Of a DNA stretch of 64,000 nucleotides, positions 36,447 through 45,260 are shown in pieces; positions within the stretch are counted from its first letter, which is position 1; each line of letters begins with the position of its first letter. The DNA is from a virus. The notes beneath the pieces were generated by a model. The model made no database searches. It was not told where the DNA came from and saw only the letters and a list, made by a program, of their open reading frames with translations. The DNA lies in the IMG/VR virus record IMGVR_UViG_3300033143_002031, positions 32,001 through 96,000 of that record. One strand, given 5' to 3'. The translations under genes were made by a program, and so were the position numbers.

Positions 36447-36684
36447 TCCGGTGGCTGATGCCAACGTCAGACACCTGGAAGGGTGGGTGAGAGCAATGGA
36501 CGATTCTGCTGAGTTCAAGGCCGCACGACGGACGATGGCGAAGCATCTGCGAGAGGATGAGGGTCTGAGGCAGACCTACGAGGCCAACGTCGCGATGCTG
36601 CTTCACGATCGGCACGGCATCACCGACCACGACAAGCGCAACGCGGCGGCCAAGGACATCTTGCATCTGGTCTTCGAGTCATGA
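36433..36684 (+). CDS. hypothetical protein
   Basis: ORF. Confidence 0.65.
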   Translation: MENSDPVADANVRHLEGWVRAMDDSAEFKAARRTMAKHLREDEGLRQTYEANVAMLLHDRHGITDHDKRNAAAKDILHLVFES

Positions 36685-36736
36685 GCAACAAAGACCACAT
36701 CCTTGTCACATCGAGAAGGCGGAAGCCATCTTGATT

Positions 36737-36765
36737 GGAAAACTCCCGTGACCTCGTGGTATTGT
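36737..36765 (+). promoter_or_regulatory. second-class promoter AAACTC-N14-TAnnnT
   Basis: GGAAAACTCC..TGGTATTGT; same spacing at 39767 and 40631. Confidence 0.55.
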
Positions 36766-36795
36766 GCCCGGTGACGATCGTCACCTGGAGGTCCC

Positions 36796-37326
36796 ATGCA
36801 GGGGTTCGACGCTATCAAGATCAAGACGACTCGCCGTGAAGGCAACCGAGTCACTCTGACCATCGGCGGGGAGATCCTCGGGGGCAGCATCCGGGACCTC
36901 GGAGAGTTCGTCCGCCGCATGAAGCACCTGCACCGCAAGACGATGGGAGCAGCCCCACCGGCCGAGTTCTCTGAGCACGCTTTGTTCACCGAGACCGAGA
37001 GGCAGTCCCTTCGAGAGGTCGCGAAGTACAGGCCGCCAGACCCGACCAAGTTCACGCTGTTGATGTCCGCGCGGTCTGGAAAGATGGTAAAGGATCGCCA
37101 GTACAAGACCTTCAAGGCTGCGGAAACGGCACTGAGGAAAGCGATCAAGCGCGACCTCATGACCAGCAAGAATGACCTCTACCGCGTCCAACTGTGGTCC
37201 CCCGAGAAGCCAGGTCCGCAGACCAGGGTCGCCTCGTACAGCACGGACTATCGGCCCACATCGAGCAGCGTGTGGTACAAGCGCGACGAGCACGGCCATA
37301 AGACGATGTTCAAGGTCTACTCGTGA
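36796..37326 (+). CDS. putative head-packaged protein with internal LFT..LRE leader motif
   Basis: ALFTETERQSLRE/V; GGAGG SD. Confidence 0.7.
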   Translation: MQGFDAIKIKTTRREGNRVTLTIGGEILGGSIRDLGEFVRRMKHLHRKTMGAAPPAEFSEHALFTETERQSLREVAKYRPPDPTKFTLLMSARSGKMVKDRQYKTFKAAETALRKAIKRDLMTSKNDLYRVQLWSPEKPGPQTRVASYSTDYRPTSSSVWYKRDEHGHKTMFKVYS

Positions 37327-37760
37327 AAACTCTCTTCACGGAAGGCGAGCGCCTCGGGCTTCGAGAGGCGAGGCAGACCAAGGTCTTTGGCAACGCCATG
37401 GGGCTCGTGGTCCGTAAGAGCAGCTATCCCGAGTCATTCGTGCGGCGCGGGCTCGACCTGAGAGAGCCGTTCACGGGCTACACCGTCAGCACACCAAAGC
37501 CTCACGACACCTTTCTCGGTGTCGTCGTGAAGAAGGGGAAGCAGTGGCACTATGCGGCGTCCCCTCGATACAAGACGGTGGCTAGGCGGGGTGCGATGCC
37601 GGCCCTCAAAGGGCTCGTCACGCGCTACATCACAGGCGTCATCGACAACGAGCTACGCATGAGCGATGGCACTCTGGACGGCGCGATCGAAGGGCTCGGC
37701 TGTCACATCCTCCAGCGACTTGCTCATGAGTGGGGCATCGTGAAGGAGTACGAACGATGA
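37323..37760 (+). CDS. leader-tagged putative head-packaged protein
   Basis: MKTLFTEGERLGLRE/A. Confidence 0.75.
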   Translation: MKTLFTEGERLGLREARQTKVFGNAMGLVVRKSSYPESFVRRGLDLREPFTGYTVSTPKPHDTFLGVVVKKGKQWHYAASPRYKTVARRGAMPALKGLVTRYITGVIDNELRMSDGTLDGAIEGLGCHILQRLAHEWGIVKEYER

Positions 37761-38785
37761 GGAAAACTCTCTTCACGAGGTCCAAGAGGCGAACCCTGAA
37801 GGAAGAGGCGGCCGGCGTCCCCCGTGCGATCGACATCATGGGGCAGTCCAAGGGGCTCTCCTACAAGGGGGCAACCATCGGCCGCATCCCGAACGCCTAC
37901 GTGGTCTACGCCACCAAGACGGACGGGGAGAAGACCGAGGTCGCCCGGTACTACTTCCAGGACGACAAGGCACGGGCGAAGCGCCACGCGAAGTGGGATG
38001 CCGAGAGCACCCTGAAGTCCCTGAAGCGCACTCTCGGTCTGTCCGAGGCGACCTATGAGGTGGATGCGAAAGCTCGGGCCGAGGCCAACCGTATCTGGGA
38101 CTCGATCATCTCCTACGTGAGGGGCCTCGACGGGGACTATGATTCGGTGGTCTGGACCCGCGACGGCATGATGACGATCTACCCGGTGCACACCAAGGTC
38201 CCCTACGGCATGAAGGTGTACCTTGGGCCACGGGGGATGACATCGGGCTACGGGACCGGCTCGCAGGGTAACGTCCTGGTCATCGGCAGCGTACTGTTGC
38301 ACCCGAAGGACACGACGTACCTCGACACTCGCATCACGTCCGCCTCGCTCAGGCATACGTTCGTCCACGAGTACGTTCACCACCTCGATCACATGCGTCG
38401 AGGAAAACTCCCGGACCGGCACGCCATGAGGGCTGCTCACGCTGGTGACATCGCGGGCTACCTCCGCACGCCCGAGGAGTTCAACGCCTGGTATCAGGAA
38501 ACGGCGCAGGCGGCAGAGGACAGCATCGCCGGAAAGATCAAGGTCATCGAGAGGTTCCGCTCGGTGGGCAAGGACGCGCTCGTCGTGAAGGTGGTGGCAG
38601 CCCTCCATCGGGACGTTGCCTCGTTCCCCGCGTTCCTGAAGTTCGTGGAGAAGCACAACGAGGCCGGGGACACCCTCGCGGTGCTGAAGGGCTCGAAGTG
38701 GGAGCGGAAGTGGCTCAAGCGGATGCACACGCTCTACCGGGGCCTGAAGCCGAAGGTGATGTCCATGTCGGCGGGGTCCAAGTGA
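37757..38785 (+). CDS. leader-tagged protein with HExxH zincin metalloprotease-like motif
   Basis: MRKTLFTRSKRRTLKE/E; TFVHEYVHHLD..EFNAW. Confidence 0.7.
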   Translation: MRKTLFTRSKRRTLKEEAAGVPRAIDIMGQSKGLSYKGATIGRIPNAYVVYATKTDGEKTEVARYYFQDDKARAKRHAKWDAESTLKSLKRTLGLSEATYEVDAKARAEANRIWDSIISYVRGLDGDYDSVVWTRDGMMTIYPVHTKVPYGMKVYLGPRGMTSGYGTGSQGNVLVIGSVLLHPKDTTYLDTRITSASLRHTFVHEYVHHLDHMRRGKLPDRHAMRAAHAGDIAGYLRTPEEFNAWYQETAQAAEDSIAGKIKVIERFRSVGKDALVVKVVAALHRDVASFPAFLKFVEKHNEAGDTLAVLKGSKWERKWLKRMHTLYRGLKPKVMSMSAGSK

Positions 38786-39141
38786 AAACTCTCTTCACCG
38801 AGGCCGAGCGAGCCGCCCTCTTGGAGGGCACCATCTGGCATCCGAGTCGCTCTTCGAGAAAACGGATGCGGCGCGTGCCCGGCCCGATCACGGACCCGAA
38901 CGAGGAGCCGCTGGGGTACAAGGTCGTGGGTTCGACCCTCTATGGCCGCGCGAGAGTCGTGTTGGACGGCCGGCGTATGATCCGGATTTACGAGTGGATC
39001 GACACCATGGGCTCAGAGGGCGGCCACGGGTGGAGGAAGGTCAAGAGGAAGGCCGAGCGGAACGAGGTGAAGAAGGCCCCGGGCAAGTGGGTCGACTTCA
39101 AGCCTGCGCTGGCTGCCTATCGGAAGGTCTACGAGCCATGA
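38782..39141 (+). CDS. leader-tagged putative head-packaged protein
   Basis: MKTLFTEAERAALLE/G. Confidence 0.75.
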   Translation: MKTLFTEAERAALLEGTIWHPSRSSRKRMRRVPGPITDPNEEPLGYKVVGSTLYGRARVVLDGRRMIRIYEWIDTMGSEGGHGWRKVKRKAERNEVKKAPGKWVDFKPALAAYRKVYEP

Positions 39142-39737
39142 GGAAAACTCTCTTCACGGCGGCGCAGCGGGTGGCTCTGAGGGAGTCGGCAGGTGACCCG
39201 TTCGTTGGCCTATCGCCTGAGCTACAGGAAGCGATGCGTCGGTTCGCGGAGCACCTCGCCTTTTGGATGGGCAACACCAGCAAGTACAGCGTCAAGGAAC
39301 TGCTCAAGATCTGGAAGGACAGCCCCGAGTTGCGAGCGTGGCTCAAGCGCCACGTCAACCTGGCGTCCTACACGCTCTACTACGGCACCACGACCAACGA
39401 TCGAAAGCTCCACGTAGGGGCCGCATGGAAGGGACCATCGGGCACTCAGCACTGGAGCACCGACCCTCATCGGTCGAGAGGGTTCGCAGGGCTCAATGGC
39501 AGGGTTGGGGGCTGGCCCAAGCCAGGTGGTGTACTCGTGCAGGCCCATGCGGCAGCGGCAGCGGTGATCGTTGACGTGGACCGTTTCAGCCACGTCTGCG
39601 GTCTGCACCGCGCCTCGTTCTCGAAGCTCATGACCAAGAACGACCCGAAGGAGATGTTCAGCGGCGAAGCCTACGAGGCCGAGGTGATAACGACCTCTGC
39701 CGTCAAGGGGAAGGTCACCGAGGTCGAGTGGTTCTGA
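39138..39737 (+). CDS. leader-tagged ADP-ribosyltransferase-like protein
   Basis: MRKTLFTAAQRVALRE/S; TLYYG..HWSTDP..FA..YEAEV resembles the R-STS-ExE ART core. Confidence 0.5.
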   Translation: MRKTLFTAAQRVALRESAGDPFVGLSPELQEAMRRFAEHLAFWMGNTSKYSVKELLKIWKDSPELRAWLKRHVNLASYTLYYGTTTNDRKLHVGAAWKGPSGTQHWSTDPHRSRGFAGLNGRVGGWPKPGGVLVQAHAAAAAVIVDVDRFSHVCGLHRASFSKLMTKNDPKEMFSGEAYEAEVITTSAVKGKVTEVEWF

Positions 39738-39746
39738 TCAACCCCG

Positions 39747-39776
39747 TGCGACCAATGGTCGCACCTGGAAAACTCC
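39747..39776 (+). repeat. 30-bp direct repeat, copy 1 (operator + AAACTCC box)
   Basis: TGCGACCAATGGTCGCACCTGGAAAACTCC, identical at 40065-40094. Confidence 0.9.
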
Positions 39777-39802
39777 CCGGCCCCCGTGGTACAGTCCCCC
39801 TC

Positions 39803-40054
39803 ATGAAGACGATCTTCACCGAGGCAGCGCGCCAGGCGCTTTATGAGGCGGCCCCTGTGATGGTGACAGTACCTTCGTTGCTGCTCTACCTGAAGCGGGA
39901 AAAGCAGCGTCTAAACGTCGGAATTACAAGTCTAAAACCGACCCAGCGGAAACAAGTGGAGCACACCATTTCGGTCCTCGACAGGATGATCGAGACGGTC
40001 GAGAAGTACAGCAAAAGTGGTAACCACGGAAGCCTGACCTTTCACCGTCCGTGA
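39803..40054 (+). CDS. leader-tagged putative head-packaged protein
   Basis: MKTIFTEAARQALYE/A; leaderless from TACAGT -10; AT-richer codons. Confidence 0.7.
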   Translation: MKTIFTEAARQALYEAAPVMVTVPSLLLYLKREKQRLNVGITSLKPTQRKQVEHTISVLDRMIETVEKYSKSGNHGSLTFHRP

Positions 40055-40064
40055 GCAGCCCTCC

Positions 40065-40094
40065 TGCGACCAATGGTCGCACCTGGAAAACTCC
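40065..40094 (+). repeat. 30-bp direct repeat, copy 2
   Basis: Identical to 39747-39776. Confidence 0.9.
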
Positions 40095-40105
40095 TTCGTT
40101 TGCTA

Positions 40106-40135
40106 TTGACTTCTGGCCTAACTATGTGGTACGAC
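40106..40135 (+). promoter_or_regulatory. leaderless promoter
   Basis: TTGACT-N18-TACGAC, extended TG. Confidence 0.6.
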
Positions 40136-40142
40136 GGCCCAC

Positions 40143-40619
40143 ATGGACGAGTTGCTTGAAGAGGCTCGGGCTGTGACCCTGGACAGCCTGAAGGAGCGCA
40201 GGGCAGTCTTGCCTGGGAAGTGGTATCGCACCTGGCTCCTTCGAGTCACGGGCGGGAGCACAGCGGTCCTGGAGTTCACGTTCGAGGAGTGCGAGACTGT
40301 TCTGGACGCGGTGGGGCAGAGAAACACGGCGCTCCATTGGGAAGAGGTCGAGAGGGCTCACGAGAGGTGCGTCCGGAGAACGGCTCTAGGCGATGACGAT
40401 CTGTACCTCTGCGACAAAGCATTCTACGTCAACCCTATACGGTTCTATGAGGTGTCCCGTCGTGTGAAGGCTCGGACGCAATCGAGCGTGGAGCCCCCTG
40501 AGACCCGGGCTATGAGTCAGCGCTCAGAGTCCGGGCCGCCACGGTTGAGCGGTGAGAAGCTGTTGAAGTCCACGGGGCTACTCGACCAACTCGCTCGATT
40601 GAAGGGCGGGAGCCGTTGA
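40143..40619 (+). CDS. hypothetical protein
   Basis: ATG at predicted TSS. Confidence 0.65.
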   Translation: MDELLEEARAVTLDSLKERRAVLPGKWYRTWLLRVTGGSTAVLEFTFEECETVLDAVGQRNTALHWEEVERAHERCVRRTALGDDDLYLCDKAFYVNPIRFYEVSRRVKARTQSSVEPPETRAMSQRSESGPPRLSGEKLLKSTGLLDQLARLKGGSR

Positions 40620-40665
40620 CGACCTGACTTGGCAAACTCCCTACCCGGCGTGCTATTCTGAAGAC

Positions 40666-41157
40666 ATGGAGTTCGTGGCCTTCATACGGCCCAAAGGAGA
40701 GTCCGGCCCGGTGCATATCAGCGCCTCGCCTGACCCTCATCGTATGCTGGCAATCCTTCAGGTTGGCAACCCGGCCGAACTCGAACTGATCGGCACCGTG
40801 GATGCTGCCCTCTACCCCGAGTCGTGGTGGCACGACACCCTGAGCCCCTGGCGTCACAGGGACGCCTGGTACCAGCCCAAGGCTCAGGTGCTCTGCCGGG
40901 TCGAGGATGCCCTCACAGGCGCTCTGGAGGCCCCAGAGAGGTTCGACCCACTGGAGGACCCTCCCGAGCCCTCAGACGGCTCTCAGGCCCCTCCTGACCG
41001 TGTTCCTGCCGACCTTCGGACCAAGACCCGAGAGGAACTAGTGGCTGAGAAGTGGGCCTGGCCTGTGGTGGACCCTTACCCACCCGTGAAGACGACCTCG
41101 ATTCCCGTGACCCGTGTCCTACCGCTGATCCGAAAACTCCTGCACGCGGCAGCGTAG
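40666..41157 (+). CDS. degenerate T5orf172/GIY-YIG-like domain protein
   Basis: VAFIRPKGESGPVHISASPDPHRMLAILQVGNPAELELIG. Confidence 0.6.
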   Translation: MEFVAFIRPKGESGPVHISASPDPHRMLAILQVGNPAELELIGTVDAALYPESWWHDTLSPWRHRDAWYQPKAQVLCRVEDALTGALEAPERFDPLEDPPEPSDGSQAPPDRVPADLRTKTREELVAEKWAWPVVDPYPPVKTTSIPVTRVLPLIRKLLHAAA

Positions 41158-42110
41158 CCCCTCCAATCACGCCCCTTGCGAACCTCTCACAGAGGCCGCT
41201 TTTCGACCCTTTTCGGCCTTTGCGACTGATTGGTCGCACCCCCAATGATCGAGACCCCAAAGCTAGATCGTGCTGAATTGCCCCTCTCACGGCCCTTGTG
41301 GAGCCCTTCTGCCTGCCCCTGGGACGGACCGCCCTGAGAGTCCTGACGGCCTTTGGTGCGGCCCTCCTGAGCCCTCGAAGATCGGTCTCGCGGAACCCGT
41401 CCCTCGGCCGGCGGAGAAGACCTCCCTCTCTACTCGCGGGCGCAGGAGACCGGCGGGACAGAAGAACGAAGTTCCCCTAAGCACGACTGAGCTACCCCTG
41501 ATACTAGTCCCCCAAGAGAGACCTACGGAGGAGCCTGTGCAGTGGGCTGGCGTTCTGGCCCTTGCGACCTCGTGCGACCTCATGGTCGGCCCGATTTCAC
41601 CAGGTTCCGGGGAGTTTTCATACACTTACGGCCCGGAGTGTCTGAAAACTACCCCTTTTTGGGGGGCCTGAGATCGCGCCTCGCGACGGCCACCCCCGGT
41701 CCTGAAAACTCCCCCATTCCGGGGGGTTCCACGACACGACCGCCAATAGGGGGAGTTTTCAGTGACGCCGCCGCCCTTCGCAGGGAAGCGGGTTCCGATC
41801 TTCCATCCGCCGGCCCTGCGACCTGCCCCTCCTATGGGAGGCACGGGCAGTCGTTGTCGGGTCAGGGGGCGGGGGCTCGCGGGGGCGGCCCCGGGGGCAG
41901 AAGGGTTCTTCCGCTGGCAGAAGGATTCTTCTGATCGGGTGATAGCCCAATGGTATCGGGCACTTAGGTGCTAGCGTTCGGGGACCCGGGACCCTACGAT
42001 GATCGGTCTGGCCCTGGGGCAGGTAGTTTGCTCCTCCGCCCCTACCCCTGGTACTATGCCCTTTGACCCGCTAGCCACGCAGCTAACGGGTCAGACCAGG
42101 GAGGTAGATC
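41158..42110. repeat. non-coding region with inverted TGAAAACT(C/A)CCCC boxes (origin/terminus candidate)
   Basis: Boxes at 41609(-), 41643(+), 41703(+), 41748(-); no credible ORF. Confidence 0.5.
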
Positions 42111-42332
42111 GTGGCTAGAGGGACATCACGGAGAGTCCATCTCACGGGCCGAGTGCCGAGGGAGGGTAGGCCACTGCTCTGGGCCTTCGGCTACGCGGAC
42201 TACGGGGACCTGTTCGAGGTCGAGCCCGAGAGCGCCCGGCAGATGGTGAAGCGCGGGCAGTTCGACCCGAGCGACCTGGCGTCGGTGTGCCGGCTCTGGT
42301 GCAAGCGCCACGGACACGAGGCCGAGCGATGA
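42111..42332 (+). CDS. hypothetical protein, possible HTH
   Basis: GGAGG SD; YADYGDLFEVEPESARQMVKRG. Confidence 0.6.
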   Translation: MARGTSRRVHLTGRVPREGRPLLWAFGYADYGDLFEVEPESARQMVKRGQFDPSDLASVCRLWCKRHGHEAER

Positions 42333-42643
42333 GGTTGAAAACTCCAGGCAACCCGCCTACGATCCCCGGGCCGGCGGTGCCTCCTTCCCGAACCCCCCTG
42401 GGAGGTGGGGTGTCGCCGGCATCTGGCACCCACTGCGTGTGCGGTCGACGAAAACTCAAGGGTTCCGGGCACCTACCCCGCGACCCCGTCACGGTGGCCA
42501 TCACGCAACGCCTTGAAACCATTAGAGAATCGCGCATCACGATCACCACCACGCCCCCGATCGACCTGCCTGCCCTCGCGGCCCTGCACCAAGAGGAGCA
42601 GGAGCTACGCGCGAAGCTGGTTCACATCGCGCACGCGAAGTAG
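42329..42643 (+). CDS. hypothetical protein
   Basis: ATGA coupling. Confidence 0.4.
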   Translation: MRLKTPGNPPTIPGPAVPPSRTPLGGGVSPASGTHCVCGRRKLKGSGHLPRDPVTVAITQRLETIRESRITITTTPPIDLPALAALHQEEQELRAKLVHIAHAK

Positions 42644-42978
42644 GTTTGCCCGGCCCCCGATCTCGGGGCCGCACCCCCGTCGACCTCGACCCTCGATCTC
42701 TCCTCTCGATCTCCGCCCCCGTGCCAGGGAGTTTTCACCAATGGGGGGTACCCCCCGCCTGCCGCCCACAAAAACTACCACTCCGGTTCGTCGGTCTAGT
42801 GGGAGTTTTCGGTGCGCCCGACCCCCGTGCGTCTTGAGGAGGACCCTGTCAATAGCATAGATGAATGCCATTGACCTCCCGACCTGCTCTGCCCGAGAGC
42901 CCCCGGGGCGCCCAAGACCAGAGAGCCCACCCCCCGCGCATACCGCGCCCTCTAAGTCAAGAGCATCCATGATTGCCC

Positions 42979-43007
42979 TTGACACTGCCCTCCCTTTGGG
43001 GTAGGCT
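42979..43007 (+). promoter_or_regulatory. sigma70-like promoter
   Basis: TTGACA-N17-TAGGCT. Confidence 0.7.
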
Positions 43008-43039
43008 GGGTCCTCGCATGCGAGTTTGAGGCAGACCAT

Positions 43040-43309
43040 ATGAATCCGGACAGGCGAGTCGAGGATCGGTACGACTACGACGGGTCGTGCAGACCTGGGG
43101 CGTGGACATGGGCCAGTCAGAAAAAGTTCTCCGTGGCCATATTCCAGTGGAGGAAGAAGGTCGGAGGCGGACTGAAGCGCGGCAAGGCTGTCTACCGCGT
43201 CCACGGTTGGGTGAGCGATCCGAAGAGCGTGTACCGACGGGCCGAAGAAGTCTGCGTTCTCCTGGAGAGTGGTGGCGCTCTGGAGAAGAAAGGCGAGAGC
43301 GTGCCATGA
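43040..43309 (+). CDS. hypothetical protein
   Basis: ORF after promoter. Confidence 0.7.
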   Translation: MNPDRRVEDRYDYDGSCRPGAWTWASQKKFSVAIFQWRKKVGGGLKRGKAVYRVHGWVSDPKSVYRRAEEVCVLLESGGALEKKGESVP

Positions 43310-43503
43310 GTAAGATTGAGATCGTCCTGCTGGTCCTCGCCGGGGCCTTCGTGGTCTACATGGCCGTCCTCTCGGTGGTGGGGGACGAGGCCCATGCCGA
43401 GGGGGCGGACGGTGAGCAGGCGTGCTGGGACTACCACAGGGACATCACGGGACGGCTCCGGCAGACCGAGAGCCCCTACGTCGATGAGACAGGAGCACCA
43501 TGA
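43306..43503 (+). CDS. small membrane protein
   Basis: N-terminal hydrophobic helix. Confidence 0.6.
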   Translation: MSKIEIVLLVLAGAFVVYMAVLSVVGDEAHAEGADGEQACWDYHRDITGRLRQTESPYVDETGAP

Positions 43504-44021
43504 GCGATGAGAAGGACATCAGCCTTGGGTGGGGCTCGGTACCAATCGGCCACAACGAGGGCAGAGCGCTCGACACAGGAGAAATTCACAGGGCTCCGTT
43601 GCTGCGCCGCATCGAGGGGCTTGAAGCCGAGGTGGAACGGCTGAAGGTCGCAGCGAAGAAGCCGCGAGAACCCAGTGCGTGCGACAATGCCATCGACAAG
43701 ATCGCTGTCATCTGCGGCTGCCCCGAGTGGGAGTACGCCGCCCAAGTGATACGCGATGTCAAAGCCCTTCGCGCCGAGCTTACCGAGCGCACCACCGACC
43801 GCGATGTTACGGCCCGCGCCGCTGCCGCCCTCCGTGCCGAGGTGAAGCGGCTGACGGGGCTGTGCATCGACGCGGCCCGTATCGGGTATGAGGCCGGGCA
43901 CCATGACACGGTCGAGAGCCGGTATGCCGATCCGCGTGAGATTGCCGAGGACATCGTTGGAGACCTGATCACCGACGCCCGCGCCGCGCCGTCCGAGGGA
44001 GGCAACGATGATCAAGCGTGA
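43500..44021 (+). CDS. hypothetical coiled-coil protein
   Basis: LEAEVERL/LRAEVKRL heptads. Confidence 0.7.
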   Translation: MSDEKDISLGWGSVPIGHNEGRALDTGEIHRAPLLRRIEGLEAEVERLKVAAKKPREPSACDNAIDKIAVICGCPEWEYAAQVIRDVKALRAELTERTTDRDVTARAAAALRAEVKRLTGLCIDAARIGYEAGHHDTVESRYADPREIAEDIVGDLITDARAAPSEGGNDDQA

Positions 44022-44211
44022 GACTGATGAGGCCAAGCGGACAGCGTGCGCTACAGCCGCGCGTGTTCTTGGGCTGGTAAAACCGAGGCATCTCTCCATA
44101 ACTGACGACGGGGAAGTGACGCCTGTACCGAGCACAAAGGCCGAATCACGGAGGGAGGCGTGGAAAGAGTTGCTCGGTGAACTGGCTCAGAGAGGGGGCG
44201 GCGATGGGTGA
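44008..44211 (+). CDS. hypothetical protein
   Basis: GGAGG SD. Confidence 0.5.
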   Translation: MIKRETDEAKRTACATAARVLGLVKPRHLSITDDGEVTPVPSTKAESRREAWKELLGELAQRGGGDG

Positions 44212-44575
44212 ACAAAAACAGATAGACAGTGAACGTTTGCAGTGGCAGGTCGCGGCCGAGGAGGCGGGCCGAACGGTGCAGTCCCTTCAAGCTCAGATCA
44301 GCCGGCTGAAGAAGGAGCATGCTGGGGCCATGGCTGTGCTGCGGAGAGAGCAAGAGATTCGTACAGGCATGGTGGACACTATTGTTACTCTCCGCGCCGA
44401 GGTGAAGAGGCTACAGGCGTTGCCTGACCGGATGCGTGAGATGGCTCGTAATGAGGCCCTCCGCGCCGCAGCGGCTCACGACTGCGCCGACTATGACAGC
44501 GAGTCCCACCACCTTGGGAGGGCGTCGATTCTCCGCGCCGCGCTGTCTGACGACGAGAGCAGTGATGCCTTATGA
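44204..44575 (+). CDS. hypothetical coiled-coil protein
   Basis: LRAEVKRL. Confidence 0.65.
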   Translation: MGEQKQIDSERLQWQVAAEEAGRTVQSLQAQISRLKKEHAGAMAVLRREQEIRTGMVDTIVTLRAEVKRLQALPDRMREMARNEALRAAAAHDCADYDSESHHLGRASILRAALSDDESSDAL

Positions 44576-44801
44576 CGCCGAGCGACTGAGCCGACTCCTG
44601 GAGGTGCGGTTCGTCTCTCCGACCGAGGCCCTGAAGACCGCGCTCGCTGTCAAGTACCCGCACGAGGAGATTGTGGTCGAGTACGTCGGCGACCTCACCT
44701 ACCACGTCACGGTCCCCCTGTGCTTGGACCCGCACGAGGTCTGGCTCAAGGTCAAGGACGTGATGCCCGTGACCATTCGAGTCGAGGTCAGGCACCCGTG
44801 A
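44565..44801 (+). CDS. hypothetical protein
   Basis: Codon bias. Confidence 0.6.
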   Translation: MPYDAERLSRLLEVRFVSPTEALKTALAVKYPHEEIVVEYVGDLTYHVTVPLCLDPHEVWLKVKDVMPVTIRVEVRHP

Positions 44802-45106
44802 ACCAGGGAACGAGCTACCGGAACGACGACACGGGAAACTGGTTCGATGATCCCCGAGTGGGCGTCGACCGTGGCGTGACCGCGATGGGGGACGAGCGGT
44901 TGACTTGGGACGCGGCGCTGTTCGCCAAGCACGGCTTCGCGACGTGGGCGGTGTGGGTCGACGGGGAGGACAGCGGCATCCAGGTGTGTGGCAGTTCGGC
45001 GACGGGTACACGGAGGCGCCTCAAGCTCCAGTGGGAGAACCAGACGAGCGAGCCGTTCCCGGGGCACCGCGTGTGCGTGCTGCGCTACCTGGAGACGGAA
45101 GGGTAG
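44798..45106 (+). CDS. hypothetical protein
   Basis: GTGA coupling. Confidence 0.65.
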   Translation: MNQGTSYRNDDTGNWFDDPRVGVDRGVTAMGDERLTWDAALFAKHGFATWAVWVDGEDSGIQVCGSSATGTRRRLKLQWENQTSEPFPGHRVCVLRYLETEG

Positions 45107-45131
45107 CCGGGCTGCCCGTGCCGGAGGGGGA

Positions 45132-45260
45132 ATGATCGAAGAGGAACGGTGCCCGCGTTGTGGCCGCGCTGCCATTGTCGTGGTGGGGGCACACTGGGCC
45201 TGCCTGTGGTGCGGCTTGATCGTGGCGATGTCTCGGCCTCCCGTGCCGGAGGTGGAGTGA
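45132..45260 (+). CDS. small Zn-ribbon protein
   Basis: CPRCG..CLWCG; GGAGG SD. Confidence 0.5.
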   Translation: MIEEERCPRCGRAAIVVVGAHWACLWCGLIVAMSRPPVPEVE

